In this document: in pieces, positions 40,122 through 53,080 of the stretch | Layout: every line of letters begins with the position of its first letter | How positions within the stretch are numbered: position 1 is the first letter of the stretch | DNA from: Mobula hypostoma | Taxonomy: Eukaryota | Assembly (NCBI RefSeq): GCF_963921235.1 | Contig: NC_086118.1 | Location: 17,114,001 to 17,178,000 of the forward strand | Length of the DNA: 64,000 nt | Reading direction: 5' to 3' | Notes under the pieces: generated by a model | What the model was told of the DNA's origin: nothing | Database searches by the model: none | The model's input: the letters and a program-made list of their open reading frames with translations, nothing else | Made by a program: the position numbers and the translations under genes

Positions 40122-42470
40122 CGCAGCGATGTGCTACACACAGAGCTAGAAATAACGACACGCAGTCTGTAAGTTGCACTTGAGACTAGTTTATTCAAAC
40201 TTTGCAGCACTGGCTTTTACACAGTTCCATTCCCGCCCTCTCCGGGCGGAAATGGCATCAAAGGTGCACTGCAAAAGTCTCTTCCCACGCGCGGGCTTTC
40301 TCCCCTTGCTGGTGAAGAAGGCCCTGTGCCATTTTGGGGCTGGCCTCTCTGCCGACGCTCTCGCCATTTTGAGAGCAGGTTCACCTGCGTAGAAGGTGAG
40401 TCGCCACATAATGACCCTCAGCCCCAGAACCGGCAGGGGCCCCAATGTCCACAGTCTGGATCAGTCTGTGTGTGGAGGGTCTGCCTCTGCACCGCAGTGC
40501 CTGAGCCTCGACCGGCTGCGCCAAATCCACACGGGACGGTTTGAGTCGGTCCACAGGTGAAAAACTCCTCTTTCCCCCAATGTCTAGAACGTACATGGAC
40601 CCGTTGTTCCTGATCACCTTGAATGGCCCCTGGTACGGCCACTGTAGCGGTGCCTGGTGTGCGCCCCTTCGTACAAATACAAACCTACAGTTCTGCAGGT
40701 CTTTGGGTACCTAGGTCGGGATCTGTCCGTGCTGTGAAGTCGGTATGGGGGCCAAGTTGCCGAGCCTTTCGCGTAGTCTGTCTAGGACTGTTGCGAGTTC
40801 TTCCCCTTGCCCCCTTGGGGCTGGTATGAACTCTCCTGGGACGACCAGGAGTGCACTGTACACCAGCTCGTCCGACGAGGTGTGTAGATCCTCTTTGGGC
40901 ACTGTGCGGATTTCAAGCAGGACCCAGGGAAGCTCGTCCACCCAGTTAGGCCCTTTCAAGTGGGCCATGAGAGCCGACTTTAAGTGACAGTGGTTCGTTC
41001 AACTGTGGGTGGTAGGCAGTTGTGTGGGGCAATTGTGTTCCCAACAGGCTGGCCACAGCTGACCACAGGCTGGAGGTGAACTGGGCGCCTCTGTCGGAGG
41101 TAATGTGGGCCGGTATCCCGAAGCGTGCTACCCAGGTTGCAATCAGCACACAGGCGCAGGAATCGGCGGTGGTGTCGGTGATGGGGACCGCCTCTGGCCA
41201 TCTCGTGAACCGGTCTACCATAGTTAGGAGGTACCACACTCCTCGCGACACTGGCAGGGGCCCCACAATATCCACATGAATGTGGTTGAACCTCCGGCGG
41301 GTGGGTTCGAACTGCTACGGCGGGGCTTTGGTGTGCCGCTGCACCTTGGCTGTTTGGCACTGCGTGCATGTTTTGACCCATTTGCTGACCTGTTTGCCAC
41401 ACGAACTTACTGGAGACCATCCGGACGGTTGTCCTGATAGGTGGGTGCACCAACCCGTGTATAGAGTTGAAAACTCGCCGCCGCCAGGCTGCCGGAATGA
41501 TGGGGTGAGTTTGGCCAGTAGCCACGTCACACAGGAGGGTCCTCTCACCTGGGCCTATGAGGAAGTCTTGCAGCTGTAAACCAGAGACTGCGGTTCTGTA
41601 GCTGGGCATCCCGTCGTCTGCCTGCTGCGCCTCCACCAGTGCTGCATATTCCACCCCCTGGGACAGGGCCTGGATGGCTGGTCTGGAGAGTGCATCCACC
41701 ATGACGTTGTCCTTTCCCGAGATATGCTGGATGTCCACAGTGTACTCGGAGATGTAGGACAGATGTCGCTGCTGGGGGGCCGACCAAGGATCGGACATCT
41801 TCGTGAACTCGAAGGTCAACAGTATGTGGCCGTGAACGTGGTGACCAGCTTGCCTTCTAAGTAGTACCTGAAATGCTGGATTGCCAGATATAGTGCCAAC
41901 AGCTCCCGCTCGAAGACACTGTACTTGAGTTCGGGTGGCCGTAGGTGCCTGCTGAAGAACGCCAGGGGTTGCCAGCATCCCTCGATGAGATGTTCCAGCA
42001 CTCCACCAACTGCTGTGTTGGATGCGTCCACTGTGAGGGCAGTTGGAACGTCCGTTCTGGGGTGCACCAGCATCACGGCGTCTGCCGAGGCTTCCTTGGC
42101 TTTAACAAAAGCGGCTGCAGCCTCTTCATCCCAAGTAATGTCCTTGCCTTTACCCGATATCAGGGTGAACAAAGGGCGCATGATACGGGCTGCTGAGGGG
42201 AGGAAGCAGTTCTAGAAGTTCACCACACCAACCAACTCCTGCAGGCTGTTGACTGTGTTGGGCTGGGCAAAGTGGCGGATCGTGTCCACCTTGCCGGGCA
42301 CAGGTGTTGCCCCGTCTTTGGTAATCCTGTGGCCCAGGAAGTTGCTGGTGTCGAGTCCGAACTGGCATTTGGCTGGGTTGATCGTGAGGCCGAAATCACT
42401 CAGACGGGAGTAGAGCTGGCGGAGGTGGGACAGATGAATCTGACGACTACTGCTGGCTATGAGGATGTTG
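40122..42470 (-). mobile_element. Ty3/Gypsy element (CsRn1-like), 3' half: RT C-terminus, RNase H, integrase, 3' LTR
   Basis: Minus ORFs: ILIASS..HL.HLRQLY.RL, LTVDASNTAVGGVL, DIVGPLP..VDRFTRWPEA, TSDRGAQF; LTR about 40122-40408 starting TGTGGCG on the minus strand. Confidence 0.9.
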
Positions 42471-42474
42471 GGAC

Positions 42475-42718
42475 TTTTGAGAGACTTTGAAACTTTTTTT
42501 TTTAACCATGCCCATGGACTGTTCTTCATCAAATTATGGTATTGCTTGCACTGTTGTAACTATATGTTATAATTATGTGGTTTTTGTCAGCTTTTCAGTC
42601 TTAGTCTGTCTTGTGTTCCTGTGATATCACACTGGAGGAACATTGTATCATTTCTTAGTGCATGCATTACTAAATGACAATAAAAGAGCACTGTGTGTCC
42701 TCATAATCTAATCTAATT
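42475..42718 (+). repeat. LINE-derived 3' tail ending (CTAAT)n
   Basis: AATAAA followed by CATAATCTAATCTAAT; homologous to 5345-5425. Confidence 0.55.
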
Positions 42719-44360
42719 ACCTTAGCAGTGAACATTACAGGGAAGCCCTTGCATTAGCCTTAGCAGTGACACATTACAAAGAAGCCATTACATATGGAAA
42801 GACTTCCCTTAATGGTTTAAGAAAACACCAATTGTCAGTTCTGTCCTGAAGTATCTGCCTAATTTGTGTACTGAAATTCTGGAGCAGATTCCCGTAACAT
42901 TCTAATTTGGAAACTGGCAATCTGCAAGCTGACACATGATGTTAACAATTATCTATTGGACACCAAAGGATCCAAATCTTCAGATAAGATTTATTTTTTC
43001 ATTAGAAGAATATAGCTTACAGTATTTCTAATCGAGTGTAACTGGCCCAAATTCCAAGCATTCCTTCCTGATCATTTTCAGATCTTCACAAATATGATCA
43101 CGATATTCTTGTTGTACAGGCAAACCTGTACACTATACCATATTGCTGAGGATATAGGACTAGCTGAAGGATACTGGACACTAGGCAAAATATTTTTTCA
43201 CCTAAGACTTTAAACCAAGTTCATGTGTATATAGAGAAATTATTAATCTCAAAGAATTATGTACAATTTATTGGAAAAAATTGCATCTGAAACTGTTGCA
43301 TGCACTGACCCCTTTTGTTTTAGAACAAGTGAAAACTATGTTCTTACAGAGGCACATCTCTGGAGAAAACACATCATTCTCAATTTTACGCAGGCTACTA
43401 CACAAAATGAAACAAAAAGTGGAACCTGCAATGCACAAGTTGCAAATTGAACATCTGCCAATAGTGACTTAATTAGTTACACACTCATCCAAGCTAGAAG
43501 GCTCCAGGTCCAAGCTCAAATCAAACGTTTGAATACATCGTCTAGGCTGAGATTTTTTCAGCAATTGTCAGACAGCTGCTGAATCAGAAGAGCCAACTTT
43601 TACATGAAACAGTCAGCCAAAAATTACACCTGCCCACTTAGGAGAAATTAAAAGATCTCAAGGTACTATCTGGAGCAGAACAGCAATGTTCTCCTCATTC
43701 AATATACCAGTGGTCCCCAACCACCGGGCCGCAAAGCATGTGCTACCGGGCCGCGAGGAAACAATATTCTTTGGCGATACGGAACGATATGAGTCAGCTG
43801 CACTTTTCCTCATTCCCTGTCACGTCCACTGTTAAACTTTAACGCACGCAAGGTCATCAGTGACCCAAGACATGCAAAGGAATGGGTCCGTGACCCATTT
43901 GTGAATGTTCCCGGTGAATCATCCATGTCAGCGTGGAAAAAAGGTCAACTCCTCGAGTTTGCAAATGACAGTGGGCTGAAAAGTGTGTTTGACGTAACAT
44001 CTCTGCTGGCATTCTGGATCAAAGTCAAAGCTGAATATCCTGAGATAGCCACAAAAGCACTGAAAACGTTGCTTCCATTTCCAAAATCATATCTCTGTGA
44101 ATCGGAGTTTTCTGTAATGAATGCAACGAAAACTAAATTGCGTAATAGACTGGACATAAGGAACCCCCTTCAAGTATCGCTGTCTCCCATCACCCCTCGA
44201 TGGGACCATCTTGTTGCAGGAAAACAAGCCCAGGGCTCCCACTGATTCAGCAATATTGGTGTGTTGCAATGATTTTATATGTTCATACGAGGAAAATATG
44301 TGCTGTGTGTTTAATATCTAAACGTTACTTAAACTGTTATGATGCTATTGACTTATAATT

Positions 44361-44798
44361 CAGTGGCCCCCAACCTCTGGGCTGCCAAGAATGCAGCGGT
44401 AGCCAGAACGCACTCAGCACATCTATAAGAAAAAAGTAATAAACAAATATACTAAATTTATTTTGAGTCCCATGGAGCATGTGGAAACTTTCCAATATCC
44501 AGGCGGTTCTCTTTTTTTTTCTTCTTTCTTTCTTTTCCTTTAGGTAGAGTACATATCGGGGGGAAGGGTTAAGGGGAGGGGGGAGAGTAGATATTATCTT
44601 TTCATGTATTCACTTTGAAAACTCAATAAAAATTATATTTTAAAAAAAGAAAAAAGCTGAAATAAACAAGCTAATTAATTACATGCCAGGCAGCACCTAA
44701 TCAATTAGCTTGTTTATTTCAGCTTTTTTCTTAAAGATGTGCTGGGTGCATTCCAGCCACTGCTGCATTCTTTGCGGCACGGTGGTTTGGGACCACTG
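44361..44798. mobile_element. Palindromic hAT MITE with 8-bp TSD
   Basis: CAGTGGCCCCCAACC...GGTTTGGGACCACTG; perfect TSD TTATAATT (44353-44360, 44799-44806); long internal inverted arms. Confidence 0.88.
44437..44646 (+). repeat. L1/Tx1-like 3' tail inserted in the MITE
   Basis: G-rich tract, AATAAA and A-tail; TSD AAGAAAAAAG (44427-44436, 44647-44656). Confidence 0.6.
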
Positions 44799-46079
44799 TT
44801 ATAATTGACTTATCACTATATTCATGCGAGGAAAATACGTGCTGTGTGTTTAATGTTAAATTTGTTAGATAAACCCCCTTTATTGAGTGTATTAGCCACT
44901 TATAAGTGACTTATACTTGACTTATCACCAATATTCCGGTCGTGATTAACACCGCACCCCCCATTCCCCGCCCCACCCCCCCCCCGGTCAGCCGGTCCGC
45001 AAGAATATTGTCAATATTAAACTGTCCGCGGTGCAAAAAAGGTTAGGGACCCCGCTATACACAACCACTACTTAGAACTCACTCAAAAGGCAAAGTACTC
45101 TAAATCCTGGAAATCTATAAAACAGAAGTTGCTCAAAAGCAAGAAAAACATCAGAGAGGCTCGGCAAAAATGTTTAAAAAATTATATTTTTCCCTTCATA
45201 ATTACATGCGGACTTGCCAAATACTTTTAGCGTTTTCTGGAAAAGATTATCTGGTAATTTGGTTCACCACTGTTTACGGTAGTTTGCTATGCATAAATAC
45301 TCAAAGCAGTAACTGTGCTAAAGTATGATAATAGGTTATAAAGTGTTTTAGAAATCCTGGAGCATGGGTGGCAATGGTTAGGAATGGTGTTTGGAGGAAT
45401 CCAATGGCATATGTAGTACAACACTGACCAGCTTTTTGTGTTGGCACAAGGACAGGGAAAATTTACCAACATTTGGTTACTGACACAGAATTCCAGTACG
45501 GGACGTAATTTAAAACAGGTTTTCCCATTCTCATAATAGAACCACAACAGTGAAATTCAGTGTTGAATAATTTAACATCATACTCAATATTTAACGTTGA
45601 TCCATGAAGTAACAATAAAATTAAGTGGAGATGGAAGAGGCTGCAGTTGCTGGAATCTGGAGCCTGGAGCAACAAACAATCAGCTGGAAGAACTCAGTAG
45701 GTTGAGCAGTATCTGTGGGAGAAAAGGTACCAACAATATTCCAGGTCTAAGCTCTGCATCAGGACCCTGTTGATATTTAAACTATAGAGATAGACACAAA
45801 TATTGTCTTGCCAAAGCTGCAGGTAATTTTGATTAAATTTCTTGAGCGATAAAATGACACAATATATTAATTTGCATTTTAAATGCAACTGCTATCAACA
45901 GATTTTACATTTTATGAATAAATGCACTGTATGAATTTCACCAAAGTTACAAACCTGGAATTCTTACAATGCCGAGCGTGTGGTATACGTGATGAAAAGG
46001 AGAGAATGGATAGATCTGGAGCCATTAACATATTGAGTAAAAGTAGGCTTTTTTTTGTATCCAACATAAATGCTGAAAA

Positions 46080-49000
46080 TATTGTATATTTAGTACTTCA
46101 GTAATATTTGTGTAATATTGTAAACATAATGTTTGATTAAGCTTACTCTGTTGCTTAAATAATTTGTTATACTTATATGTACATAATATGTAAATTGCAT
46201 ACAGTATATCATGACGCAACCACGCCATATGCATGCGCCTCATGTAATGTAAAGAACTCACATCTCTCAGATCCCTTGCTTTCCTTTCAATTAGTTTTTG
46301 TGTTTTGGAGTTCCAAAACGTAACAATGACAACAAGGAAGTTTTAACCAAACCAAGACCACTACTTATCTGTTGAAGTACAGTGAGGTGTTAAGAACTTT
46401 TAAAAATAGCGCTGCGAGAAATGGTCGAGTAAAAAAAAAGACAGCATAGTACGTGCTCCTTTCAGAGGAGACAGAGGCTTATCGAGGTTTTTTTAAAAAA
46501 GGCATAAAACAGAAGAATTCATGGCTTCGTAAACAGTGAGTACTGGGTAAAAAGAAACATAAATTTTTATAAAAAGCTAAAGTGGCAGGCTATATCAGAA
46601 GGACTGACACATTTAATGACACAACAGATAACTGGAACATGTACACTCTCTCCCATACAACTACTGAGCTAATTGAGCAATACTTGAAAGCAAGTGGAAT
46701 AGTCAACGAGAAAGAAATACCAGTTTTGCTAAGTGGATTGGGTTTAAAGGCATACAGTTTGCTTAAAAGTTTAACTGTTCAACCGAACCAGCCAAAATGA
46801 GCTTTGCTGATATAATGACCAGTGGGGATTATAAGGAGCATCTCCAAAATCTAAAGACAGTGTTAAAAAGATTAGAAGATTATGAGCTCAAAGCACCATG
46901 CAGCAAGTGTGAATTTTTTTAACCAAGCATCACTTACTCTGGTCACATCATTGACACAGAAGGTTTTCAAAAGCATGCTGAGAAAATTCAAGCAGTGGTG
47001 GATGCCCCAAGGCCAAAAGGATGTGTCACAGTTGCAGTTCTTGTTTGGATTTCTACCACAAGTTCCTGCCAAATCTGGCTACAGTGCTCCACCCTTTGAA
47101 GTCGTTACTACAAATTGGTAAAAAATAACATGGACAAAGCAGTGAGGTTGCTTTCCAAAAGCAAAGGATATAGTGACATCAGACACTGTGCTCACACATT
47201 ATGATCCACACTATCCAGTGTAGATTGCCTGTGATGTCTTGCCTTATGGTACGTATGCATTCATATCACGTTATGAATGATGGAAATGAACTCCCCATAG
47301 CCCTTGCATCACATTCCCTCACCACGGCAGAGAAAAATAAAATTACCACAGATTGACAGAGAATCCTTCAGTCTGATTTGGGGTGCAAAACATTTCAACC
47401 AGTACTTCTTTGGGAGAGTTTATCCTCATTACTGATTACCAAGCACAGAAGGGTGTTCCACTAACAGCAGCGGCATGATTGCAGACATGGGCTCCGTTTC
47501 TTGGAGGACAATTATCAGATTGAAATCAAGAGGACAACTAATCACGAAAATGCTGATGAATTGTCCTGTTTACAGTTGGAAATGCAAATATCTGAAAAAT
47601 TGACTGAAGAGGATACTCCTCTTGATGCATCCCCCTAACCCAAATCAAAGGTCTCCTTTTTACGCAGAGATGATCCAAAAGGAAACCAGAAAAAAACACT
47701 CATTGTGTCAGGTCTACATGACCACTCAAAATGGCTAGAATGTACAGCAAAAACTCCAGTTTTCCCATTTTTACCCGCACCAGGATGACCTTGCCCTCGA
47801 CAGTGGTTGCTTTATGTGGGGTTGAGGGTTGTTCTGCCATCCAAGTTGAGAGCTGAAGTGTCAAGGAGCTATATGCCAGTTTTCTAGGTGTGGTTAGAAT
47901 GAAAGCATTGGCTCAAAGCTCTGTCTGGTGGCCTGGGGTAGATCAGCACATCGAGCAGCTTGCGATGCACTGTGCGAGGTGGCAACATATCCAGAAGATG
48001 CTAAGAGCCGCGACACACAATCCCATGTCCAGAAGATACCAGGAGCAGTGACGCTCCGTCCCTGGGAATGGCCTGCATAGCCCTGGCAGAATATTTATGT
48101 GGCTTTTGCCAGACCATTCATGTGCAGAAATCTTTTGACAGTAGTGGATGCAGTTACAAAGTGGCCAGAAATGTTGCCAAGTGCCCCCACTACAGCCTCA
48201 CTGTGGACGTGTAGAGAAGCCTCTTCTCAAGGACTGGTGTTCCAGAACACTTAGTCAGTGACAATAGACCACCATTTGTAGCGGAACAGTTTTCAGTCAT
48301 TCCTGAAAATGAATGGAATAAGACATACTACATCTGCACCGTGCCGCCCGGCTGCAAATGGCTTGGCGGAGAGGTCTGTCCCGAGTCTAAAGAAAGCACT
48401 GTGAACAATGTCAGCAGAACACACTACATTAGCACCGAAGCAGAAGCTCACCAATTTCCTCCTCGTATACCATAATACAATACAATCCACAACCAACAAC
48501 TCACCAGCTATGCTGTTTTAGGGTAGCTTATTTTTTATTCACGCATCGATCTCCTCAAATCCAATCTCCGAAGTATGCAGGACAAACAACTGAGACAAAT
48601 TGTGGGCTCCTGTCTGATGTTCCATTCCTGGACTACAGAGGTGATTAAAAATAGGTATTTGGAAACATTAAGGACAGAACTGGACCAATCTCCCACACAG
48701 TGGAGATTGCATCTGGAGATAGTAACATCGACCAGTTGAGGAGAGTAGAGACAATTGTTAGAGAAGAAAGGTGGCTGGAGCTGTCAGAACTTCTTCTCTG
48801 CAGTCTCAGAGTCAACTCCTATAACCACCATGGTGGAGGCCCCAGGATCTGAGATTGTTTCATGGCCTCAAGTCTCACCTGCCAAGCAGAGTGATACCCT
48901 TGTCTGATAAGGAGATATCCCTCAAGAGTAAGAAATCCTCCACAACGATTAAATCTTTAGGCCTGAATGGGACAGTTTAAAATTTACTATGCTGCGAATG

Positions 49001-49376
49001 TCTATATAGTCATTGTACTATATAATATACTGTGTATATAATATTACTAGAGAGCAATACATTAAATATTAAGAGTTGAGATGAATTGCAAATTGAGTTG
49101 GAGCTTATAGCTAAGCAGGGAGGAGGACTGTGTATTTAATATAGCAGTAATATTTGAACAAAATTGTAAATGTATTATTTGATTAAGCATTTTTTGTTGT
49201 TTAAATAATTCATTATGGTTATATGTAAGAAATAAGCAAATTGCATATAGTATGTCATAACATTACTATGTCACCTGCATGCGGCTCGCTTAAAGTAAAA
49301 ACTGACTCAGAGGCACATCTCTCGGTTCCCTTGTTTTCCATTCAATTACGTTTTTTTTGGAGTTAAAAAACATAAA
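46080..49376 (+). mobile_element. Old Mag-like Gypsy element with gag-to-RT deletion
   Basis: Diverged LTRs about 46080-46325 and 49127-49376; decayed PBS TGACAACAAGG; gag start MAGYI..F...DNW; RT end, RNase H (IACDV.PYG) and integrase (NGLAERSV) remnants; PPT AGCAGGGAGGAG. Confidence 0.8.
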
Positions 49377-50969
49377 GTAACACAATGCTGAAGGAGCTCA
49401 GATTCATCTGTGCAGGGGAATGGATGTGTGATGTTTCAGTCTGAGACTTAAAGACAGAAGGGGGAAAGCCAGTGTAAACAGGTAGAATGTAGAGGTGGAA
49501 CACAGGCTAGCAAGTGTTAGGTTGATCCAGGTGAAGGGGGTGATTAGACAAAGTAGGTTAGACTGGAAATAACAACAGAGACTGGGATCTGACAACAGGC
49601 TGCAGATGATGAAATCTGATAGGGTAGACTTCATTGTTCAGAAAGCTTCCTATATGCTCAGCAGTGTGATTTTGCATGTACTGTATACAACTTGCTTTAT
49701 CTCCATTGGCTCACTGATGGAGACCATTTCAAATGATTTACATGCTAAAGGACAACGGCAGACACGAAATAGGAGATGCCAGTCATCACCTCGTCTCTCT
49801 GTGGTGTTTATCACCACCTTCTTCAGTTTCAGTCAACAAAATCATACTTATTGAACAACAGCACTTAGAGTAAGGGCATGACTCCACCTTTGTGGAAATA
49901 CACATTGGATTTAGGTGTACACCTAATCTAATCAGCAGCAAAACTCAGATTACAAAAGGAAATATTTCCTTTCTTGATCTGTACCAAATAATCAACTTTT
50001 TCAACACTTTAGCCACAATAGTTTCTCACCGAAGTCGTCGAAGTAGGTTTCATATTGTCCTGTTCCCATTCACAGTGCTGCTCAGCTAGACAATTTAGTC
50101 TAGAGTTTTAATTGGCTTGAACCATGGCTAATCCATGTGCCTCTTTCACTATGGTTCATCACTCACTGTATTATCAACTGATTTACGCACAACTGGCAAA
50201 TACACACACACACAGTCTGTGATACGAGCTGATACAGCAAATGAAATAAACCACACTACACATCTGAAATACATCAAAATATAAATTAGCACCACATGTG
50301 CACTGGTGGAAGCACAATGGATAGTTTGTTCTATCTTTGTGTATTATTGGCTTTGTTTGCTACACATACTTCAAACTAGGAAACAGAAACAAAAGTCATG
50401 TTATCACTTCAGGAAAGGTAAGCAAACACACAGCTGACCTGTGTAGACAGTAAATGGTTAGCCCATCACCAGAAACTGAGTAACAAAGACAGTTACCGCA
50501 AAACAAATCACAAGCCTTCAAAAGCACTTTAAGAAAAATTAGTGCCACTTATGAATAGATCCCTGAACAATCTTCAAAATTCCATGTGGAGCTTTCTTTT
50601 TCCAAATAAACAAGAGGTGATTCATTCCAATTTAGGGATCTCATAAAATAACAGAAATTTGAGACAAAGAGCAGCAAGTTTTAGTAAAGCTCTCCATTTA
50701 TTCATCTGTATATTGTTGTCATTCACCCATATTATTTAACCCAAATAAATGCAAGGAAAATCAGGTTATCTTGAGGCAAATTAGGTTTGGCTACCTCTAG
50801 ACGCCATTTAAATTATTTGTATAGATTGTACATTTTGAAATGTGTAAACACTCACTGGGTTTTTACACAAGTGAGTGGAGGCATGGGGTAAGGGAAGTAG
50901 AAATACCGCTGAAACTGAACTGACACAATCCAAAACAAAGCAGCTCAACGTTCACCTTTCAAGCACCTT

Positions 50970-51187
50970 CAATTACTCCAAAAGACTGAGGTTTGGTAAA
51001 ATACTGAAAGGCTTTTACTCGCTGTACAATACGACCTCCACAGTGAGTGTCTGCCCCCGGACTGAGGGGGAGGGGCAAGGCGAACACCTTTATACAGGAC
51101 TCTGTGGGAGGAGCCACAGGGGCAGTCAGCAGAGGGGTGTGTCCAGACAGGTAACCGAGTTACAACATATACACATGGTTTACCACA
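50970..51187 (-). mobile_element. Short solo LTR
   Basis: Minus strand starts TGTGGTAAACC; flanked by 5-bp TSD ACCTT (50965-50969, 51188-51192); the other terminus is eroded. Confidence 0.6.
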
Positions 51188-52352
51188 ACCTTACAAGACA
51201 GGTTATCACAAAACAATTACCAGCATTTTTGAGAGTACAGAGGCAAAAAAATTAACTTCTTGGATATTCAAACACAACCAACTGTAAAATAGCAAAAATA
51301 ATTTAATTACCCTTCTATATTAAGAAGTCCACTTGATAACAGTATGTATTTTTATTACCTCTGGGCACAACTACACTAGTGCTCCACTTGCTACCCAATC
51401 AGCTGGGACTCTCCATGAAGTACAGTAATTCTTTTCCAAATTCTACTGCTTACATCTTTACTCAAGCCAAATCATGCTCATCTATTAGCCCTCTACTTAT
51501 TAGTATTGGTTCTTGGTTTGGCAATGTCTTGATTTATAAACTTACTTTCTCCTTTGCTTCCTAAACCTTCCACTGCCTGATCTTTCTCTATCTCTTTAAT
51601 CTTTATCAGCTCTAAGATCTGTGCATCATTCCAAATCTGCTTTCATTACAATACTCTGTCTATTGTTCTGCCATGGTTTCAGATATCATGGCCCACAGCT
51701 ATGGCATTTCCTCAAAATATTTCCACTTCCCTTGTTTTAATTTGTAATTAAAACATGCTTTTTGAAAAGGCTTTTGGTCACCTTTGCTGGTAACTCCTTA
51801 TGTACCTTGATGTAATATTGCTTGAAAAAGTCAAAAGGAGCTTGGAATATTTAATTATGCAAGAAGCGGTTATAGTTTTTACTGACAGCTGTTGGCTGTA
51901 ATATTGATTATCAGAGGCTTCACTTTCTTATGTCTAAAGGGAAGCCAGGAGACTCCCTACTGATAGAAGGACAAATGGCCACTTCTTCCAAATTATATAC
52001 AGTACCTCCATTCCAACCATATCCGCAACACTAACTTGGCCAAATTATTTATCAGAAACAAAAAGAAAATCAAAAAGAAACTAAAAGCAAAAATGCAATG
52101 TGCCATGCAGCTTATGCTGTGCTTTATACCTGTGATAAGCAGTGATATCCATCATCTTTATCAACAATTCCCTGAACATGTAAAACATTTGCACATGTGT
52201 GTGCAATTTGCAGATAAAAACTGATTTGTACACAGCAGACTGTCAGTAATCGTTTCCCAGCTAATTAGAGATCGTCGGAAATTTGGCCAGGCATTTTCAG
52301 GCATGATTCAGCTTAAGATTTCACCTTTGCCATTATCGATTTATGCACTTAC

Positions 52353-52388
52353 CAGCAGGCAGTGGCTGATAAAAGTCTGGTCTCTGAT
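52353..52388 (-). CDS. Candidate 36-bp host micro-exon
   Basis: Minus strand ttattaatgtAG|ATCAGAGACC...CCTGCTG|GTAAGT; consensus donor; 36 nt, open in all frames (e.g. QRPDFYQPLPA); lies in non-repetitive sequence. Confidence 0.35.
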
Positions 52389-52989
52389 CTACATTAATAA
52401 AGTCTCAAATAAAAACCAAGCAGCAAACCCAGCGGCAGTTTGACAATGTTGTGCAAGTATAAAGGTTCCTGCTGTTTCACTGATGTGCAGCTCTCTGCCA
52501 GCCCCAAGTATCTCTGTCCAGCACAGATACATGCTAGTGTCTCCATCAGCACAAGTCCTGACCTGCACTGATGTGGGACCCTCACAGAGCTAATGGGATC
52601 TGTGCAGATGATTGTAGTGGCGCCAGTGATAGGAGAGGCAGACGGAGCACTGAATATACATTCAAACTTCACCACCCCAATTTTCCTCTCACCTCCTTGG
52701 CAACCTTTCCACCAGTTGCTCCATGATGTCCCCAGGGCTCTGACATGCTTTTCATACTTCACAGCAGCAATGATAAGGCAGCAATCATTTGGAACCATGC
52801 AGTTCATTTTTTTAAAAAAACATATTTCTAGACAAAGATTACCCTTCAGAATTTTTTTTAAAGGGAGTTTTTTTTTACATTTTCTTAAAATTTTTGCAGG
52901 TCACCTTGATCGGGCTAAATGCAGCACTCACTCAGCACATCAAAAGGTGACATGATTTACTTAGTAATGATGAACAAATAGAAAGAAAT

Positions 52990-53080
52990 GCTGTCTGTTT
53001 CAGCCTGAAACGTCAACTGTACTCTTTTCTGTAGATGTTGCCTGGCTTGCCGAGTTCCTCCAGCATTTTGTGTGTATTTG
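52990..53080 (+). repeat. PLE 3' tail fragment
   Basis: CCTGAAACGTCAACTG..AGATGTTGCCTGGCTTGCCGAGTTCCTCCAGCATTTTGTGTGT, same family as 27764-28123. Confidence 0.7.

Larger units (their letters stand above)
43708..45054 (+). mobile_element. hAT (Charlie/Buster-like) deletion derivative
   Basis: TIR CAGTGGTCCCCAACC / GGTTAGGGACCCCG; ORF 43901-44245 is a hAT C-terminal dimerisation domain (FWIKVKAEYPEI..LLPFP.SYLCESEFS..KTKLRNRL). Confidence 0.85.

Noticed and set aside
43901..44245. Possible domesticated ZBED/SCAND-like gene
   Set aside because: Only the C-terminal fragment is present, inside TIRs; it is a deleted hAT transposon.
52394..52955. ORFs of 137 aa (-) and 120 aa (+) as protein-coding genes
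   Set aside because: No recognisable domain, and the length is compatible with chance.
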